Below are positions 38,026 through 47,992 of a stretch of DNA of 64,000 nucleotides, piece after piece (positions within the stretch are counted from its first letter, which is position 1; each line of letters begins with the position of its first letter). This DNA is from an uncultured delta proteobacterium (GTDB lineage Bacteria > Myxococcota > Myxococcia > Myxococcales > Myxococcaceae): NCBI GenBank assembly GCA_963713045.1, contig CAVQKE010000003.1, forward strand, positions 1,088,001-1,152,000. Reading direction: 5' to 3'. Both the position numbers and the translations under genes were made by a program. The notes beneath the pieces are model-generated. The model worked only from the letters and a program-made list of their open reading frames with translations, had not been told where the DNA came from and searched no databases.

Positions 38026-38087
38026 CAGGGCTGAAAGCCCAAGCGGGAGGTCACTCCCGCCAGGCCTTCAGCCCCTGAAGGGGGCTG
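38026..38087. terminator. long hairpin between convergent genes
   Basis: GCGGGAG-GTCA-CTCCCGC (38043-38060) nested in CAGGGCTGAA/TTCAGCCCCTG, plus an alternative CAGCCCCT-GAA-GGGGGCTG hairpin. Confidence 0.55.
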
Positions 38088-38090
38088 GCG

Positions 38091-39278
38091 TTACGGGTTG
38101 TCAAAGTCGGGCATCGCCGCGATGCGGACCACGGTGGGGTCGGGGGCACCCGGCTCGAGGGCCGTATTCATCCCATCGGTGGGGGCCTCCGGCTGGTCGT
38201 CCTGCAGGTCAACCGCGCAGGCGCTGATGTTGCCCTGCTCGCTCTCGACGGTGCACGTCCCGACAGAGGTGCAGGCCCACACCTTCCTCCAGCCGAGGTT
38301 TTCACTCGTGTCCCAGCACTCGGCGCCATACACCACCTCGTTGTTGGGCACGTTTCCGCCAGACACCAGCGCATCCGCGCGGCCACCCACCATCGGTTCA
38401 AACCGCGCCCGGCCGAGGAGCAGTTCTGCCAGGTTGGGGTTCCCGCCGAATTCCGGCATCTGGCCGTAGTACAGCACCCGGGCCGCGCGTACCCCGTCGA
38501 GCGTCTTGTGGCCGACGAAGGCAGCCGAGATGGGGGGATGGACCGAAGCGTCGATGGAGAAGTCCTTCAGCACATACACCAGCGTCTTGGCATCCCCGGC
38601 GAGCCCGGTACTGGAAGCGCCGGCGTCCGCAGCTGCGCCCGCGACGGGCGTCGCTGTGAGGGCGTAGTTGCTGTAGGCGCAGTACAACTTCCCCTGGCCC
38701 CAAAAGCCTGGGCTCACCGTCTTGAAGGCGTCTAAGTCAAAGCCAATCTGCCCCCGGCCGCGGTGCACCATGTCGTTGTCGGCATGGAAGAGAGTCCCCG
38801 CGGCCAGCGTGGTGAGCGCCACGTTGGCTGCTGCGCCAGCGGTTTTCCCCTCCAGCTTCCAAGCATATTGGTGGGTCCCATAGCGCTTGACGGTGAGGAA
38901 GAAGCTGACCCCGTTCTGGACAACTGGCCCGTAACTTTTCGACTGGCCGACGACGATGTCCGTGCCTTGGGTGGAGATGAGTTGGGCGATGGGGGCGAAG
39001 TCCTGCTGCACGGCTTGGTTCAAATCGTGGATGCCCTGGCGGATGACTGGAAGAAATTCGAGTCCACTGGGCGCCGAGCTGCCGGCGTCCGTCGCGGAGG
39101 CGTCGGAGGACAGCGTCGCGTCCTCCGAGGCGGCGCCGGTCGCTTCCAGCGAAATGCCCGGCACGTCCGGTACCGCCGCGGCCAGCGGGTCGGACGTCGC
39201 GCTGGAGTTGGTGTTGCTGCCACAGCCGGCGACAAGCAGCGTCGCCGAAGTCAGGAACGAAAGCCTTTGGAGTCGCAT
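38091..39278 (-). CDS. hypothetical lipoprotein
   Basis: MRLQRLSFLTSATLLVAG-C lipobox, a Ser/Thr linker, a beta-rich body and a Cys-containing C-terminus (ECWD, ACT..TC, SAC). Confidence 0.8.
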   Translation of the reverse strand: MRLQRLSFLTSATLLVAGCGSNTNSSATSDPLAAAVPDVPGISLEATGAASEDATLSSDASATDAGSSAPSGLEFLPVIRQGIHDLNQAVQQDFAPIAQLISTQGTDIVVGQSKSYGPVVQNGVSFFLTVKRYGTHQYAWKLEGKTAGAAANVALTTLAAGTLFHADNDMVHRGRGQIGFDLDAFKTVSPGFWGQGKLYCAYSNYALTATPVAGAAADAGASSTGLAGDAKTLVYVLKDFSIDASVHPPISAAFVGHKTLDGVRAARVLYYGQMPEFGGNPNLAELLLGRARFEPMVGGRADALVSGGNVPNNEVVYGAECWDTSENLGWRKVWACTSVGTCTVESEQGNISACAVDLQDDQPEAPTDGMNTALEPGAPDPTVVRIAAMPDFDNP

Positions 39279-39391
39279 GGTGCCCTTCCTCGAATTTTCT
39301 GAACGGAGAGTCCGCGTGTCCCTTGGAGGAAACAGTCCTCCGGGGCGGGAGTTACCGGCTTCAACCCAAGGCACCCCGGGTTGGTTGCGGG

Positions 39392-40189
39392 CTAACTGCT
39401 GGCCGAGGAATAGCGGGCGAGCGAACCCAGCCAAACGCGACGTGACAGCCATGCGAAGCCAGCCGCTCCCGCTACCGAGCCCACCAGTGCCCACGCGGAG
39501 AGGCGCCCGAGGAGGGCCTCGGCAGGGTAGGTCGTCATCAGCGCCAGCGGTACCACCAGCGTGAAAATCCAACGCAAGAGGCCTCGAAAAATCTGCACCG
39601 GCCACCGCGCGGCATCGAAAACTGAGCCAAACAGATTGGTGAGGTTGTCCACCTTCACCACGTAGAAGGCCGCGCTCACCGTTAAAATCCAGAGCGAGTA
39701 GAGCAGCAGGGTGGCGCTCCCGAGGAGCACCAGCGCGGCCAGCACACCGAGAGGCGCCGGCCCGTGCCCCAGTCGCACGAAGGCCACCACCCAAATGGCT
39801 AACGCTGTGAAGATGTTGGTGCTGCGCCAGGGCTCAAAGCGCGCCGTGGAGACGAGAAACTGGGCGTCGGCGGGCTTCAGCAGCACGAAGTCCAAGGTGC
39901 CTTTGCGAATGTGCTCCACCACCGCCGTCAGGCTGGGGTTGATGGCACCTTCGAGGATGGCCTCCAACAGGGTGAACCACCCGACCACCACCAGCGCCTC
40001 GGCGAAATTCCACCCGGCGATGAGGTCTCGGTCGTGGAAGACGACGGCCAGCGGCACCAGCGCAGTGGCCGTCCAGCACAGAGAGATGGCTCCGTCGATG
40101 AGAAAGTCCGCCCGGTACTGCAGCCCGAGCAGGACTGAGCTTCGAACTTGGACCCGGAAGAGCCGAAGGTAGCGGCGGAGCTTCCGCAT
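39392..40189 (-). CDS. ABC-2 type permease (DUF990-like)
   Basis: QYRADF, IAGW, IRKGTLDFVLLKP and ARWP. Start ATG 40189. Confidence 0.9.
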   Translation of the reverse strand: MRKLRRYLRLFRVQVRSSVLLGLQYRADFLIDGAISLCWTATALVPLAVVFHDRDLIAGWNFAEALVVVGWFTLLEAILEGAINPSLTAVVEHIRKGTLDFVLLKPADAQFLVSTARFEPWRSTNIFTALAIWVVAFVRLGHGPAPLGVLAALVLLGSATLLLYSLWILTVSAAFYVVKVDNLTNLFGSVFDAARWPVQIFRGLLRWIFTLVVPLALMTTYPAEALLGRLSAWALVGSVAGAAGFAWLSRRVWLGSLARYSSASS

Positions 40190-40992
40190 CAGCCGCCGTA
40201 CGCGGCGAAGCGTCGAAGCCCGCGCCTCCAGATGACCAGCGCCGCCACCAACAGGCCGAGGACAAAGGCCCATTGTCGCGCCAGCATTCCCAAGGCGACC
40301 GGAAGTCCATAGGCCCCGGTCATCACCTCCACCGGGAAACCAATTTGGTAGCGAAAGGGCAGCCAGCCCACCAAGGCGCGCAGGGCGCCCGGAAAGAGTT
40401 CCACCGGCACCAGGTAGCCACTGAAAACCATGAAGCTCACCAGCCACACATCCATCACCTTGATGCTGCTTCCCGTCCAAAGCGCCAGGCAGCCGATGAT
40501 GAAGTTGGCGAGGAAGGTGATGAGCCATCCGCCGAGGACCGCCGCCACCCACACCGCCCACACCAGCGTCCCATGGGGAAGCGTTCGCGTGCCCAGAAGG
40601 ATGAGGGCCAGCACAGCCACCGGGAGGGCCACCACCAGACGCAAGGGCATGGCGGCGATGTTCTCCACCGCATAGCTGACCATCGGGTGGAGGGGCCGGA
40701 GCAAACGCATGGCCAGAGTTCCGGTGCGCACCTCGAAGCTCATCTGCCACGCCACCCAAGCGCCGGTGAGTTGCCGGACGATGAAGGTGGCGAGGAAGTA
40801 GGCCACAAAACCCCGCTGGTTGAAGCGGCCCACCGGAGCATCCGCGGCCACCGCCGACCAAAGCCCCAGCATGATGAGTGGCATGGTGGTGGACAGCACC
40901 CACACCAGCATCTCGGCCCGGTAGGCCACCGCTTCAGCGAAACCCACCCGCATCAGAGTCGGGAGCGAGCGCACCGTCGAGCGGGCGCTCAT
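40189..40992 (-). CDS. ABC-2 type permease (DUF990-like)
   Basis: AYRAE, EVRTGTLAMRLLRP, FSGYLVP and LPFRY...PVE. Confidence 0.9.
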   Translation of the reverse strand: MSARSTVRSLPTLMRVGFAEAVAYRAEMLVWVLSTTMPLIMLGLWSAVAADAPVGRFNQRGFVAYFLATFIVRQLTGAWVAWQMSFEVRTGTLAMRLLRPLHPMVSYAVENIAAMPLRLVVALPVAVLALILLGTRTLPHGTLVWAVWVAAVLGGWLITFLANFIIGCLALWTGSSIKVMDVWLVSFMVFSGYLVPVELFPGALRALVGWLPFRYQIGFPVEVMTGAYGLPVALGMLARQWAFVLGLLVAALVIWRRGLRRFAAYGG

Positions 40993-41981
40993 GCCGCGCT
41001 TTCGGTGCGGGCACGGTTCTGGTTGAAGAGCTCGCTCATCACCTCTTCCAGCGGCGGGTCCTCCACGGTGAGGTCGCGCACGCTGAGGGTGGCCAGGGCC
41101 CGGGCGACCGTGGCGCTGACCGCGTCCTGCCGGACCTGGAGCACCACCTGGGCCGCATCCGCGGAGACCACTTTTCCGAGGCCGTCCAAGGCCAGGGGCG
41201 GCGCGGGGTGGTCGAGCGTCAGCACCACCCGCTTCTCGGGCCGCATCCGGCGCACCAGGGCGTCGAGGCCACCGTCATAGGACAGCGTACCCTTGTCGAT
41301 GACAATGACCCGTGGGCAGAGGGCTGCCACGTCGTCCATGTAGTGGCTGGTCAGCAGAAGGGTGGCGCCCGTCTCCTCGTTGTAGCGCCGGATGAAGCTG
41401 CGGATGGTGGCCTGCATCGAGACGTCCAGGCCGATGGTGGGCTCGTCGAGGAAAAGCACCTTCGGACCATGGACCAGGGCCGCTGCCAGCTCGCACTTCA
41501 TCCGTTCGCCCAACGACAGCGAGCGCGTCGGCTTGTCCACCAAGTCCTTCAGTTCAAGCAACTCGCTCAACTCCGCCATCCGGCGCCGGAACTCCGCCTG
41601 GGGCACCTCGTAAATGGCGCGGTTGAGAGCAAACGTCTCCGAAGGCGGCAAGTCCCACAGAAGCTGCTGCTTCTGGCCGGTGACCAGCATGATTTTCTTG
41701 AGGAAGGCGTCCTCCCGGCGCTGGGGGACGTGCCCGTCGACCCGCACCTCGCCACTCGACGGGTAAAGCAGCCCGGAGAGGACTTTCAGGGTGGTGGTTT
41801 TTCCGGCGCCGTTCGGCCCGAGAAACCCCACCCGTTCGCCTGCCCCAATCTCAAAGGAGATGCCGTCCACCGCCTTCACCAAGGTGGGCACCCGTCGAAA
41901 AAGCGAGCGAAACGCAGACCGGAGGCCAGGCGGACGTTTGTGGACGGTGTAGTGCTTGTGCAGCGCGCGGACGGAGACCAT
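40989..41981 (-). CDS. ABC transporter ATP-binding protein
   Basis: GPNGAGKTT, LSLGERMK, LFLDEPT and TSH. Confidence 0.95.
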   Translation of the reverse strand: MVSVRALHKHYTVHKRPPGLRSAFRSLFRRVPTLVKAVDGISFEIGAGERVGFLGPNGAGKTTTLKVLSGLLYPSSGEVRVDGHVPQRREDAFLKKIMLVTGQKQQLLWDLPPSETFALNRAIYEVPQAEFRRRMAELSELLELKDLVDKPTRSLSLGERMKCELAAALVHGPKVLFLDEPTIGLDVSMQATIRSFIRRYNEETGATLLLTSHYMDDVAALCPRVIVIDKGTLSYDGGLDALVRRMRPEKRVVLTLDHPAPPLALDGLGKVVSADAAQVVLQVRQDAVSATVARALATLSVRDLTVEDPPLEEVMSELFNQNRARTESAA

Positions 41982-42078
41982 CGGGGGCCTGTCATCTAAC
42001 GCCGCTGCCGGCGAAGCGGTAGCCCTCCCGGGGGTGGAAGTCGTCCCCAAGCGCCGGAATGCTAGCCTTGTCGCCGAC

Positions 42079-43239
42079 GTGGCGACTTTCGGCCTCATCC
42101 TGACCGGCGGCGGCGCGCGCGCCGCCTACCAGGTGGGCGCGTTGCGCGCCATCCTCGAAGTGGTCGGAGACGGGCACAACCCGTTTCCCGTCATCACCGG
42201 AGTCTCTGCCGGTGCCATCAACGGCGCGGCGCTGGCGGCCAGTGCCGATGACTTCTCCGGCGGCGTCCGCCGCTTGGCGGCGACCTGGCTCAGCCTCTCG
42301 CCCGAGGAGGTGTACCGGACGGACATGCTGAGCGTCGCCTCCATCGGAAGCCGATGGATTCGCAACCTCACCTCCGGCGGCCTGGTGACGCTTCGTCAGG
42401 TGAATCACCTGTTGGACACCTCACCGCTGCGCAAGCTCCTCACCGAGCGGATTCCGTTGGACAGCGTGCCGGCCCACATCGCCGCCGGACGGCTGCGCGC
42501 TCTCGGCGTCACGGCCACCAGCTACCTGACCGGCACCGCCGTCACCTTCTTCGACGGAGCGCCGGACGTTCAGGCTTGGGCACGCAGTCGGCGACTGGGA
42601 CGCCGCGAGACACTGAGCGTGGACCACGTGATGGCCTCGGCGGCCATCCCCATCTTCTTTCCGCCGGTCCGCCTGGGGGACACCTACTACGGCGACGGCC
42701 AAATTCGCCTCACCGAGCCGCTCAGTCCAGCCATCCACCTCGGGGCGGACCGCCTGTTGGCCGTGGGCGTGCGCTACCTGCGCACCGCGGCTGAGACCCG
42801 GAGCCTCAACACCGAGGACACCAGCCAGCGCCTGCTCCCGGTGTCGCAGGTGGCCGGGGTGCTCCTCAACGCCCTCTTCCTGGACCATCTGGACTCCGAC
42901 GTGGAGCGCCTGGAGCGCATCAACCACTCCCTTGGCCTGGCGAGGCGGCCTCCAGGCGAGGAGGTGGCGCCCTTCCATGTCATTCCGGTGATGACGCTGC
43001 GTCCCTCGCAGGAGTTGGGCGGGCTGGCGGCCGACCAGATGGAACACTTTCCCCGCGTGGTGCGCTACCTGCTGCGCGGAATGGGCGCCGGGCGCCGCGG
43101 CGGCTCGGACCTGGTCAGCTACTTGGCCTTCGAGCGGAGCTACGTCGACCGACTACAGACGCTGGGCTACGAGGACACGCTGGCACGCAAGGCCGAGCTC
43201 GAGGACTTCTTCACGGTGAAGTCGTCGCTCAGCGCTTGA
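42079..43239 (+). CDS. patatin-like phospholipase
   Basis: GGGARAAYQ, GVSAG nucleophile elbow, ASAAIP and DG. GTG start inferred. Confidence 0.92.
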   Translation: MATFGLILTGGGARAAYQVGALRAILEVVGDGHNPFPVITGVSAGAINGAALAASADDFSGGVRRLAATWLSLSPEEVYRTDMLSVASIGSRWIRNLTSGGLVTLRQVNHLLDTSPLRKLLTERIPLDSVPAHIAAGRLRALGVTATSYLTGTAVTFFDGAPDVQAWARSRRLGRRETLSVDHVMASAAIPIFFPPVRLGDTYYGDGQIRLTEPLSPAIHLGADRLLAVGVRYLRTAAETRSLNTEDTSQRLLPVSQVAGVLLNALFLDHLDSDVERLERINHSLGLARRPPGEEVAPFHVIPVMTLRPSQELGGLAADQMEHFPRVVRYLLRGMGAGRRGGSDLVSYLAFERSYVDRLQTLGYEDTLARKAELEDFFTVKSSLSA

Positions 43240-43867
43240 CCGCCAAGGTCATGCCGTCACGCACTGTCAGGAGTACCTTGTCGACCCGCGAATCTCTGGC
43301 CACAGCGTCGTTGAAGGCGACGATGGCACGGTCGGAGGCACTCTTCGGCGCAAGCACCCGCCCGCTCCACAGGGTGTTGTCGGCCACCAGCAGGCCACCT
43401 GGGCGCAGCAACGGAAGCACCGCTTGGTAGTAGGCGAGGTAGTTCTCCTTGTCGGCGTCGATGAAGACGAAGTCGAACGGGCCGTCCAGTGTTGCCAGCG
43501 TCTGTAGGGCGGGCCCCATGCGGATTTGTATCTTCCGCCCCACGGGACTCCGGGCGAAAGTGCGTCGAGCAATGGCCTCCGCTTTGGGGTCGACGTCACA
43601 GGTGATGAGGGTGCCGTCCTCTGGAAGGCCCGAGGCAATCATCAAGCCCGAGTAGCCGGTGAACATTCCAATCTCCAGGGCGCGTCGTGCCCCGGACAGC
43701 TTCACCAGAAGCCGGAGGGTGTTTCCTTCCAGCCGGCCGACCTGCATCTGGGGGTCCGCCATGGCGGCATACGTCTCCTCGCGAAGGGCGTCGAAGAGTG
43801 GAGCCACGGCCTCCGAATGCTCGGCAGCGTAGGCCTCGATGGCTTCAGGGACGAGGGTCATGGACAT
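43229..43867 (-). CDS. O-methyltransferase (caffeoyl-CoA OMT/class I family)
   Basis: LEIGMFTGYS, FDFVFIDADK, GGLLVADNTLW and RDG. Confidence 0.93.
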   Translation of the reverse strand: MSMTLVPEAIEAYAAEHSEAVAPLFDALREETYAAMADPQMQVGRLEGNTLRLLVKLSGARRALEIGMFTGYSGLMIASGLPEDGTLITCDVDPKAEAIARRTFARSPVGRKIQIRMGPALQTLATLDGPFDFVFIDADKENYLAYYQAVLPLLRPGGLLVADNTLWSGRVLAPKSASDRAIVAFNDAVARDSRVDKVLLTVRDGMTLAVKR

Positions 43868-43903
43868 GGCACCCTTCTACCCCTAAGGCTCACCGCAGCA
43901 ACC

Positions 43904-45067
43904 ATGGACCGGTATGCCGAGGGCTTGGCGCGGTGGATGCCGCGGCTGGTCGCCGCGTGGCGACGCGCTCGCCGCCTGCCTGAGGGGCCCCCCACCCTGA
44001 CGGCGAGGGAGGCAAAGGAAGTTTCCAGCGGCATCCGGACGCTGTCGCTTGGCCTGACGCGCGAGCGGCAGCTGGCCGGGGCCCGCTACATGGATGACCC
44101 GCGGCTGCTCGGCGCGTACCTCCTCTTTTATTGGCCCATCTCTTATGCCCAGGGCCGCCAAGTCCTCGGCGAGCTACCCTCCAGGGTGCGCACGGTGCTG
44201 GACTTGGGGAGCGGTCCCGGACCCCTCGCCTTTGCCGCCTTGGACTGGGGAGCGGCGGAAGTGACTGCGGCGGACCGGAGTCGGCCGGCGCTGGCCCTGG
44301 CCAGGGAGTTGGCCGCCGAGGCCGGAGAGGCGCTGGCCACCCGCGAATGGGACCCGCACCGCGCCACCGCGCTGCCCGCCACCGGGCTGGATGCCATTGT
44401 GCTTGGCCACCTTCTCAACGAATTGTTCGGCCACGGGGAGTCCGCCCTGGGGCGCCGGGCGGCCTTGGTGGAGCGAGCGCTGGCCGGGCTGCGGCCGGGA
44501 GGCTCGGTGGTGCTCATCGAGCCGGCGCTTCGCGACACGTCGCGGGAGCTGCTGCAGCTGCGGGACGTGTTGGTGCGGCAAGGCTTCGCGGTGCGAGCCC
44601 CCTGTCTGTTTCGCGGCGACTGCCCGGCGCTGGAAAGGCCGAGTGACTGGTGTCACGCCGAGCGCCCGTGGACGATGCCGCCGCTTCTGGAGGGCCTGGC
44701 GCGCAGCGCCGGCTTGCACAAAGAGGCCCTCAAAATGAGCTACTTAGTCCTCGCGCCCAAGGGCGAGAGCTGGGCCGAGCCGCCTGCTGGCCTGGTTTTC
44801 CGCATTGTGTCCGAGCCGCTGGAGGGCAAGGGTCGGCAACGTTTGATGGGCTGCGGGCCCCAAGGGCGGATGGGGCTCGCCCTCCAGCAGAAACACCGCA
44901 CCGCGGCCAATGCTGCCTTCTTTCAGCTGGTCCGCGGGGACGTCGTGCGCGTGACGGAGACGGAGAGCCGCGGCGATGGGTTGGCCCTCACCGAGCGCTC
45001 CGAAGTGCAGCTGGTCGCCGGCGCCGGGCAGCCGGTGCCCACCCCAGTGAGGCAGCAAGACGGTTGA
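43904..45067 (+). CDS. Rsm22/METTL17-family SAM-dependent methyltransferase
   Basis: AYLLFYWP, LDLGSGPG, LIEPA, APCLFRGDCP...WCH and KMSYLVL. Confidence 0.8.
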   Translation: MDRYAEGLARWMPRLVAAWRRARRLPEGPPTLTAREAKEVSSGIRTLSLGLTRERQLAGARYMDDPRLLGAYLLFYWPISYAQGRQVLGELPSRVRTVLDLGSGPGPLAFAALDWGAAEVTAADRSRPALALARELAAEAGEALATREWDPHRATALPATGLDAIVLGHLLNELFGHGESALGRRAALVERALAGLRPGGSVVLIEPALRDTSRELLQLRDVLVRQGFAVRAPCLFRGDCPALERPSDWCHAERPWTMPPLLEGLARSAGLHKEALKMSYLVLAPKGESWAEPPAGLVFRIVSEPLEGKGRQRLMGCGPQGRMGLALQQKHRTAANAAFFQLVRGDVVRVTETESRGDGLALTERSEVQLVAGAGQPVPTPVRQQDG

Positions 45068-45115
45068 CGCTGGCATGCCCGGACGGCCAAGGTGGACGGC
45101 AGGGAGAAGGCGACC

Positions 45116-45865
45116 ATGCGCAACGTCCTACCAGTGGTCATCGTCTGGGGCCTCGGCTTTGGCACGGCCGTCTCGGCGCAGGAGGCGGGCCACGCCTGGA
45201 GTTACGGCGGCAACACCGGGCCGGCCCATTGGGCAGCCCTCAAGGCCGACTACCAGCAGTGCAAGGTTGGAAAGCACCAGTCGCCCATCAACATTCGCGG
45301 CGCAAAGCCGGCCTCCCTCCCACCCATCGAATTTGCCTACCAGGCGGTGCCTCTGAAGATTGTGGACAACGGACACACCATCGAGGTGAATGTTCCGGCC
45401 GGCAGCTTCATCACCGTGGGGGGGAAGCGGTATGAATTGCTGCAGTTCCACTTCCACCATCCCTCAGAGAACGAGGTCAACGGGCGCAAGTTCCCCATGG
45501 AGCTGCACCTGGTGCACCAGGATGCCGAGGGAAAGCTGGCGGTGGTGGGGGTGCTGTTGGTTGAGGGCAAAGCCAACCCTGTGGTTGCCGAGCTGTGGAA
45601 GTACCTTCCCAAGGAGAAAGACAAGGAGAGCACTCCGGAAGGCGTGACGGTCGACCCGAGTGGGCTCTTGCCCGCCAACCGTGCGTACTACACCTACGCT
45701 GGCTCCTTCACCACGCCGCCCTGCACTGAGGACGTGACATGGTTGCTGCTGCGAACCCCTGGGACGCTGTCCAAACCGCAGGTGGCAACCTTCGCCGCCC
45801 AGTACCCCAACAACGCCCGTCCAGTGCAGCCCCTCAACGGGCGCACCGTGGAGCAGTCTAAGTAG
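45116..45865 (+). CDS. cah: alpha-class carbonic anhydrase (exported)
   Basis: Signal peptide, WSY.G..GP.HW, QSPINI, NGHTI, QFHFH..SE, ELHLVH, GSFTTPPC and NARPVQ. Confidence 0.95.
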   Translation: MRNVLPVVIVWGLGFGTAVSAQEAGHAWSYGGNTGPAHWAALKADYQQCKVGKHQSPINIRGAKPASLPPIEFAYQAVPLKIVDNGHTIEVNVPAGSFITVGGKRYELLQFHFHHPSENEVNGRKFPMELHLVHQDAEGKLAVVGVLLVEGKANPVVAELWKYLPKEKDKESTPEGVTVDPSGLLPANRAYYTYAGSFTTPPCTEDVTWLLLRTPGTLSKPQVATFAAQYPNNARPVQPLNGRTVEQSK

Positions 45866-45908
45866 AGCGGCCGCGTCCGACCTTGGGGAGGGCCAGCCCC
45901 TCCAGGCT

Positions 45909-47906
45909 TCAAAAACGTACCGCGCGGGCCCAGTCCAGGTAGAGGGCGCTGTGTCCGTTCCAGCTGAGCGTCTTGGTCTGAAGCTCTATCCGGTAGCGGC
46001 TCAGGCTCGGGTCGACCAATTTGCCATCCGGACTGGTGGGGAAAAGCATCTGCAAGCCCTCGGCAGAGGACGAAGTCCGTAGGTGCGTCTCCACGACGAA
46101 GCTTTCGAGGGACGGGCCGTCCACCAGCGCCTCCTCCAGGACGCGGCCATCGGCCGCCGGTAGCTTCAAACCGAGGAGATGCGCCACGGTGGGAGCGACG
46201 TCGACGTTGGCGCTGGGGAGAGTGTCATGAAAGCCGCGGCGGAAATGCGGCCCCGTCGCAATGAGGGCGTTGTGCACGTCCCGCGAGCCGAAGCTGCCGT
46301 GCATGCCGCGGTTCCCGGAAGGGCTGGACCACTCCGTCCCCGGCAGGCCCAGCACCGAGGCGTCGGCACTCCAAGAGAACGACACCACCACGTCGGGCGT
46401 CCGCGCGTCCGAAGCTGGCTCGGCACGCGCTGCATCGAGGGGGAGGGTGCCCGGGAGCTGGCCATAGCGCCGGGCGAGGAAGATGGGGCCATACTCCTCG
46501 CGACTTTGAAGGTAGCGGACCAGCGTCTGGACCACGGTTGGGTCGTGGCTGGGCACGTACAGGGAGTCGCTGCCGCCGTTGGGCGCCACCACCACGTCGC
46601 GTGGCCCAAGCGTCGACGGCACTCTGGGCACCACCGTCGTTCCCGGTTTCCCATCACAACGGATGACGGGATAGACGCTGGTCCCGGAGACGGTGATGCC
46701 GGAAAGCACCGGGGAGTAGACGCAGCCCAGCGCGTCGAATGCCCGAAGCCCGGCGTCGGCGCGGTTGATGAGGTCCGCCGTCCGCACCTCGCCGGATACC
46801 GAATACCCGGAAAGGTCCTCGCCGGTGACGCCTCCGTCCGCCAACCCCCGGAGGGGAAAAAGGTCAAGCGGACCGGAGACGCTCGAGTGCGCGTGGTCCG
46901 AGGCGACGAGGAGGTCCGTCGAGGAGGACAGCCCAAGCCGGTTGAGGGCCGCTTGGAGTTCTCCCAACAGCCGGTCCTGGCTGTGAAGCGCGTCTCGGTA
47001 GCCGGCGCTTCCTGGGCCGTAGGCGTGCTCGGTGCTGTCCGGGTCACGCAACCACACCACCACCAGCCGGGGGCGGAAGGCCGGGAGGAGCACCCGGGTC
47101 ATGGCGCCCATCAAATAGGCGTTGTCCGCGGCACTCGGCGAGACCAGGCCGCGGGACGGGTCGGACGTGACGCCGTCGTCCAGACGCACCACACGGCCGG
47201 GCTTGGTCGGGTCGGGGCTGCCCGCATCGACGGGCTGCCCAAAGGCGAGTGGCGCGAAATGGGGAAGGGGAATTCCTGCATCCTCCAGCGCGCTCGCCAA
47301 TTGCCGCGGCCAAACCAGCCGCTCTTCGAGAATCCATCCCCCGCGCCGCCGGTCCTGGAGGTAGGCCGCGCCGACTTTGCCGACGGCCGCCGTGGAGATG
47401 CCCGCGTCCTGCGCCGCTTCGAAGAGCGTGCCCACCAGCAGCAGGTGCCCGTCATAGAAGCGGTCCAGCGTGTCCAGGACGCCGTAGTCTTCGGTAAAGA
47501 CGGGCTGCGCCAAGTCAACCGGCAAGCCGGTTCCGCTGCGGCCCGCGTCGGCTGGCCCCTGGACCCAGACGGTGTTGCCCACCAGGCCGTTGGTGGCTGG
47601 GTAGCCTCCGGTGGCGAAGCTGGCGGCGTTGGCCATCGTCACCGTGGGGTAGCTGGCATGCTGGTCTTCGAAGGACACCCCTTCGTCCCGGAGGCGAATC
47701 AGGTTCGGCGTGTCATCAGCGCTGATGCTGTCCGGACGTAGCCCATCCCAGACGAAGACGATGACCCGGGTTTGGTCCGGCCCAGGCGGCGCGCCCTCGC
47801 CACCCCTTGGCGCCGACGTACAGCCGAGGCCGAAAAGCAGCAGGAGGAGGCAGAGGCGGCGGCTTTCCTCGCTCCCGGTGGCCCTGGCGTGGCTTCGGCG
47901 GGTCAT
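45909..47906 (-). CDS. alkaline phosphatase/nucleotide pyrophosphatase family lipoprotein
   Basis: LGC lipobox, WDGLRPD, PTVT..N, DPDSTEH, SDH, GMHG and DVAPT. Confidence 0.88.
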   Translation of the reverse strand: MTRRSHARATGSEESRRLCLLLLLFGLGCTSAPRGGEGAPPGPDQTRVIVFVWDGLRPDSISADDTPNLIRLRDEGVSFEDQHASYPTVTMANAASFATGGYPATNGLVGNTVWVQGPADAGRSGTGLPVDLAQPVFTEDYGVLDTLDRFYDGHLLLVGTLFEAAQDAGISTAAVGKVGAAYLQDRRRGGWILEERLVWPRQLASALEDAGIPLPHFAPLAFGQPVDAGSPDPTKPGRVVRLDDGVTSDPSRGLVSPSAADNAYLMGAMTRVLLPAFRPRLVVVWLRDPDSTEHAYGPGSAGYRDALHSQDRLLGELQAALNRLGLSSSTDLLVASDHAHSSVSGPLDLFPLRGLADGGVTGEDLSGYSVSGEVRTADLINRADAGLRAFDALGCVYSPVLSGITVSGTSVYPVIRCDGKPGTTVVPRVPSTLGPRDVVVAPNGGSDSLYVPSHDPTVVQTLVRYLQSREEYGPIFLARRYGQLPGTLPLDAARAEPASDARTPDVVVSFSWSADASVLGLPGTEWSSPSGNRGMHGSFGSRDVHNALIATGPHFRRGFHDTLPSANVDVAPTVAHLLGLKLPAADGRVLEEALVDGPSLESFVVETHLRTSSSAEGLQMLFPTSPDGKLVDPSLSRYRIELQTKTLSWNGHSALYLDWARAVRF

Positions 47907-47992
47907 GGCTTTCAACAACCCCCTGAAGGCGGTGAAGTGAAGGCGTCCAGGCGGCTGAAGTCGGACGCCCCAGGCCTGACTCGGCACGACCC

